A stretch of DNA of 64,000 nt. It comes from an uncultured Gammaproteobacteria bacterium (GTDB taxonomy: Bacteria; Patescibacteriota; Patescibacteriia; Magasanikbacterales; UBA922). Where the stretch lies: positions 22,561 to 86,560 of the forward strand of contig CAYUTO010000004.1 of NCBI GenBank assembly GCA_964447765.1, written 5' to 3'. The notes below the pieces were generated by a model, which made no database searches, had not been told where the DNA came from, and saw nothing but the letters and a program-made list of their open reading frames with translations. The translations under genes and the position numbers were made by a program. Shown piece by piece: positions 62,901 to 64,000 of the stretch; the first letter of the stretch is position 1, and each line of letters begins with the position of its first letter.

Positions 62901-64000
62901 TGAGTACTACCACTACTACCTACAGTAAAAGTGGTTTGTCCAAGCACATAGCTTGCACTCATACCATTCGTAATGGATATTGAAAGATCAAATACTAACA
63001 CTCGATTATTACCACCATCCGTAACAAAAAGATAATCATTTTCATAGTCATAGGCAAGACCCTGAGGAGCACTCATACCACTTTGAGTAGTAGCTTGCGT
63101 CTTAGTATTAAAATTAGACTGGCCCAATACATAATCAGCCTCATAATCAATTAAATCATTATTACTATCAAGAGTATGGACCAACACTCGATGATTCTGA
63201 TCATCCGACACAAACAACCGATGATTCACCGTATCAAGAAAAGTATAGTAAGGAAAATCAAACCCAATTCGTGTAGGACCATTATTGTAGCCAACTCTCG
63301 TATAAACTGGCACCAACTGATCACTGTCATTATAGTCAAAATGTCCAAGTAAATCAGTTGCGTTCATCCCATTAGTAATAGTTGATGTAGCCGCATTAAA
63401 AATACTCACTCGATTAGTACTATCTTGGACTACATACAATTTACCAGTCGTCTCATTATAAGCAAGCCCCCCTGACCCAAGAGTACTCGACTGTGTCGTA
63501 GCAAACGTAGAAGTAGTAAAATTCGGTTGACCTAACTGATAAGTAGCATTTTCTCCATTAGTAATAGACGCAACATCATATACTACAACTCGTCGATTAG
63601 AAGAATCATTTACAAATAAACGATTACTTATAGAATCATATGCGATACCACTAGGTGCACTCAATCCCGATTGAGTTGTAGCAGCAGTACTACCGGTAAA
63701 CGTAGTTTGTCCCAACACATAATTAGCAGGCATACCGTTCGAAATTGTCGTTGTAGAAAAATCATAGACGCTAACACGATTCGCATTTCCACCTTGCGCA
63801 ACAAATAAACGGTTATAAACCGAATCATAAGCAAGTCCCGTAGGGCCCCGAGTACTAGTTTGAGTCGTAACACCAGTGCTGGCCGTGAATGTAAGTTGTC
63901 CCAACACATAATTAGCAGGCATACCGTTCGAAATTGTCGTTGTAGAAAAATCATAGACGCTAACACGATTATTACCTGTCTGTCCAACAAATAATCGACT
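59930..64000 (-). CDS. Large surface protein: NHL-like beta-propeller repeats with the same stalk/C-terminal module; 5' end outside window
   Basis: Frame stays open to 64000; repeated P.GLAYD...RLFV.D..NNRV and A.YVLGQ..F; C-terminus paralogous to 56674-59868. Confidence 0.88.
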   Translation of the reverse strand, partial: SRLFVGQTGNNRVSVYDFSTTTISNGMPANYVLGQLTFTASTGVTTQTSTRGPTGLAYDSVYNRLFVAQGGNANRVSVYDFSTTTISNGMPANYVLGQTTFTGSTAATTQSGLSAPSGIAYDSISNRLFVNDSSNRRVVVYDVASITNGENATYQLGQPNFTTSTFATTQSSTLGSGGLAYNETTGKLYVVQDSTNRVSIFNAATSTITNGMNATDLLGHFDYNDSDQLVPVYTRVGYNNGPTRIGFDFPYYTFLDTVNHRLFVSDDQNHRVLVHTLDSNNDLIDYEADYVLGQSNFNTKTQATTQSGMSAPQGLAYDYENDYLFVTDGGNNRVLVFDLSISITNGMSASYVLGQTTFTVGSSGSTQVGLVSPDGLVYDSNNSRLFVSNSNRVSIFDFSTTTISNGKPALHILGQALFTGNSSATTQVGFNNTDGLAYDLVSNRLFVSDTGNNRVKVYDFSTTTISNGMPANYVLGQILFTNGSALGTQAGLSSPAGLAYNPVHQRLFVGGAVVIVFDVATSTISNGMNAKYIFGAPDFDNGYSGISTSSLPSTRGVTYDVDNERLYVTQTTAHRISIFDASPANTTEVDFPSASYVLGQSTFTGSSAAATQSGLDDPQGLAYDAENQRLFVGDNDSDRVVVYDFSTTTISNGMNASYVLGQTDFTGAAGSASQSKFATPKGVTYDSNNDRLYVADNGNSRIMMFTLSEGSSLGVPSFVSFTAAAASIPFSWSPVSGATSYTVSSTATSPVTTAATNYTFSGLNPNTSYSFQVRANNLSTSSSYSSVFTTSTQPTLVISNVTSTNVGTSTATISWITNRPASSRILYGFITSLGVSTTEINTLTRVLDHEVSLTNLVPCTVYNYTPRAVAGSGDFTTSSKRTFATRGCQFSAPIISHEASVVSSSSGGSITFLESGNGVSLTVPTGFTSTTAAAFQLKRLEKDIVTTDGGLPAGKNIIGSLVFDFKAISDTSTIISTFDEPVEVTMTYDPSDLEGIDTTTLSIFRYTDDEWTQLSPCTVNTNAFTVTCDTPGFSLFALMGEEGDDEGGAGDTSPLNGGIPYIPPAPPSSVSQFTINQGALSTNSRLVSLHITSPNASMVAVSSDSTFTNGSFESLISPLWYTLPLGNGEKTVYIKLRTSEGGELILSDTITLTSNACPLTPERPYKTLSSSSVFYVTSDCTRRPIPNERTYFTYFSSWSDVGVVSLATLTSVPLDAFSFLPLGPLYRPTYGALIKTPGDPKVYVLINDTKYWVTDEIVFAKLNYRSDWIEDVDSRLLDAYNVGEEITRTDVHPAFTLIKYQNSPKVYRLEVDLTDATKLIKRWIVTEDAFKKLNFRGDRIIVIGESEVYEDGESLE

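Overview
Core chromosomal segment of a Patescibacteria (CPR, Parcubacteria-like) bacterium. The lineage call rests on 16S signatures, the missing rpmD (L30) and CPR-type hypothetical proteins. The window holds a PrgI/VirB6-like membrane locus, rsmF-asnS-recO-ruvX-map-CAP-adk, the S10-spc ribosomal cluster with secY, rpsJ-tuf, a stand-alone 16S rRNA gene, trmD, a NUDIX-HAD-NUDIX operon, rpsL-rpsG-fusA, pyrB, rpmB, trhO, tRNA-Pro(GGG), ndk, a UvrD helicase, tgt/rlmH/queA, a PIF1-like helicase, malic enzyme, mltG, prfB and two large paralogous surface proteins. The most unusual signals are non-coding. (1) A ~117-bp palindromic element occurs once between genes and once translated in frame inside rsmF. 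(2) Several families of 7-10-bp-period tandem inverted repeats sit at gene junctions, including one pair with swapped arm order. (3) GC-richer, Shine-Dalgarno-led orphan mini-gene cassettes with their own promoters and structured leaders are scattered among SD-less core genes. (4) There are candidate structured RNAs at 39.3 and 40.7-41.1 kb. All calls are by eye; no database searches were run.
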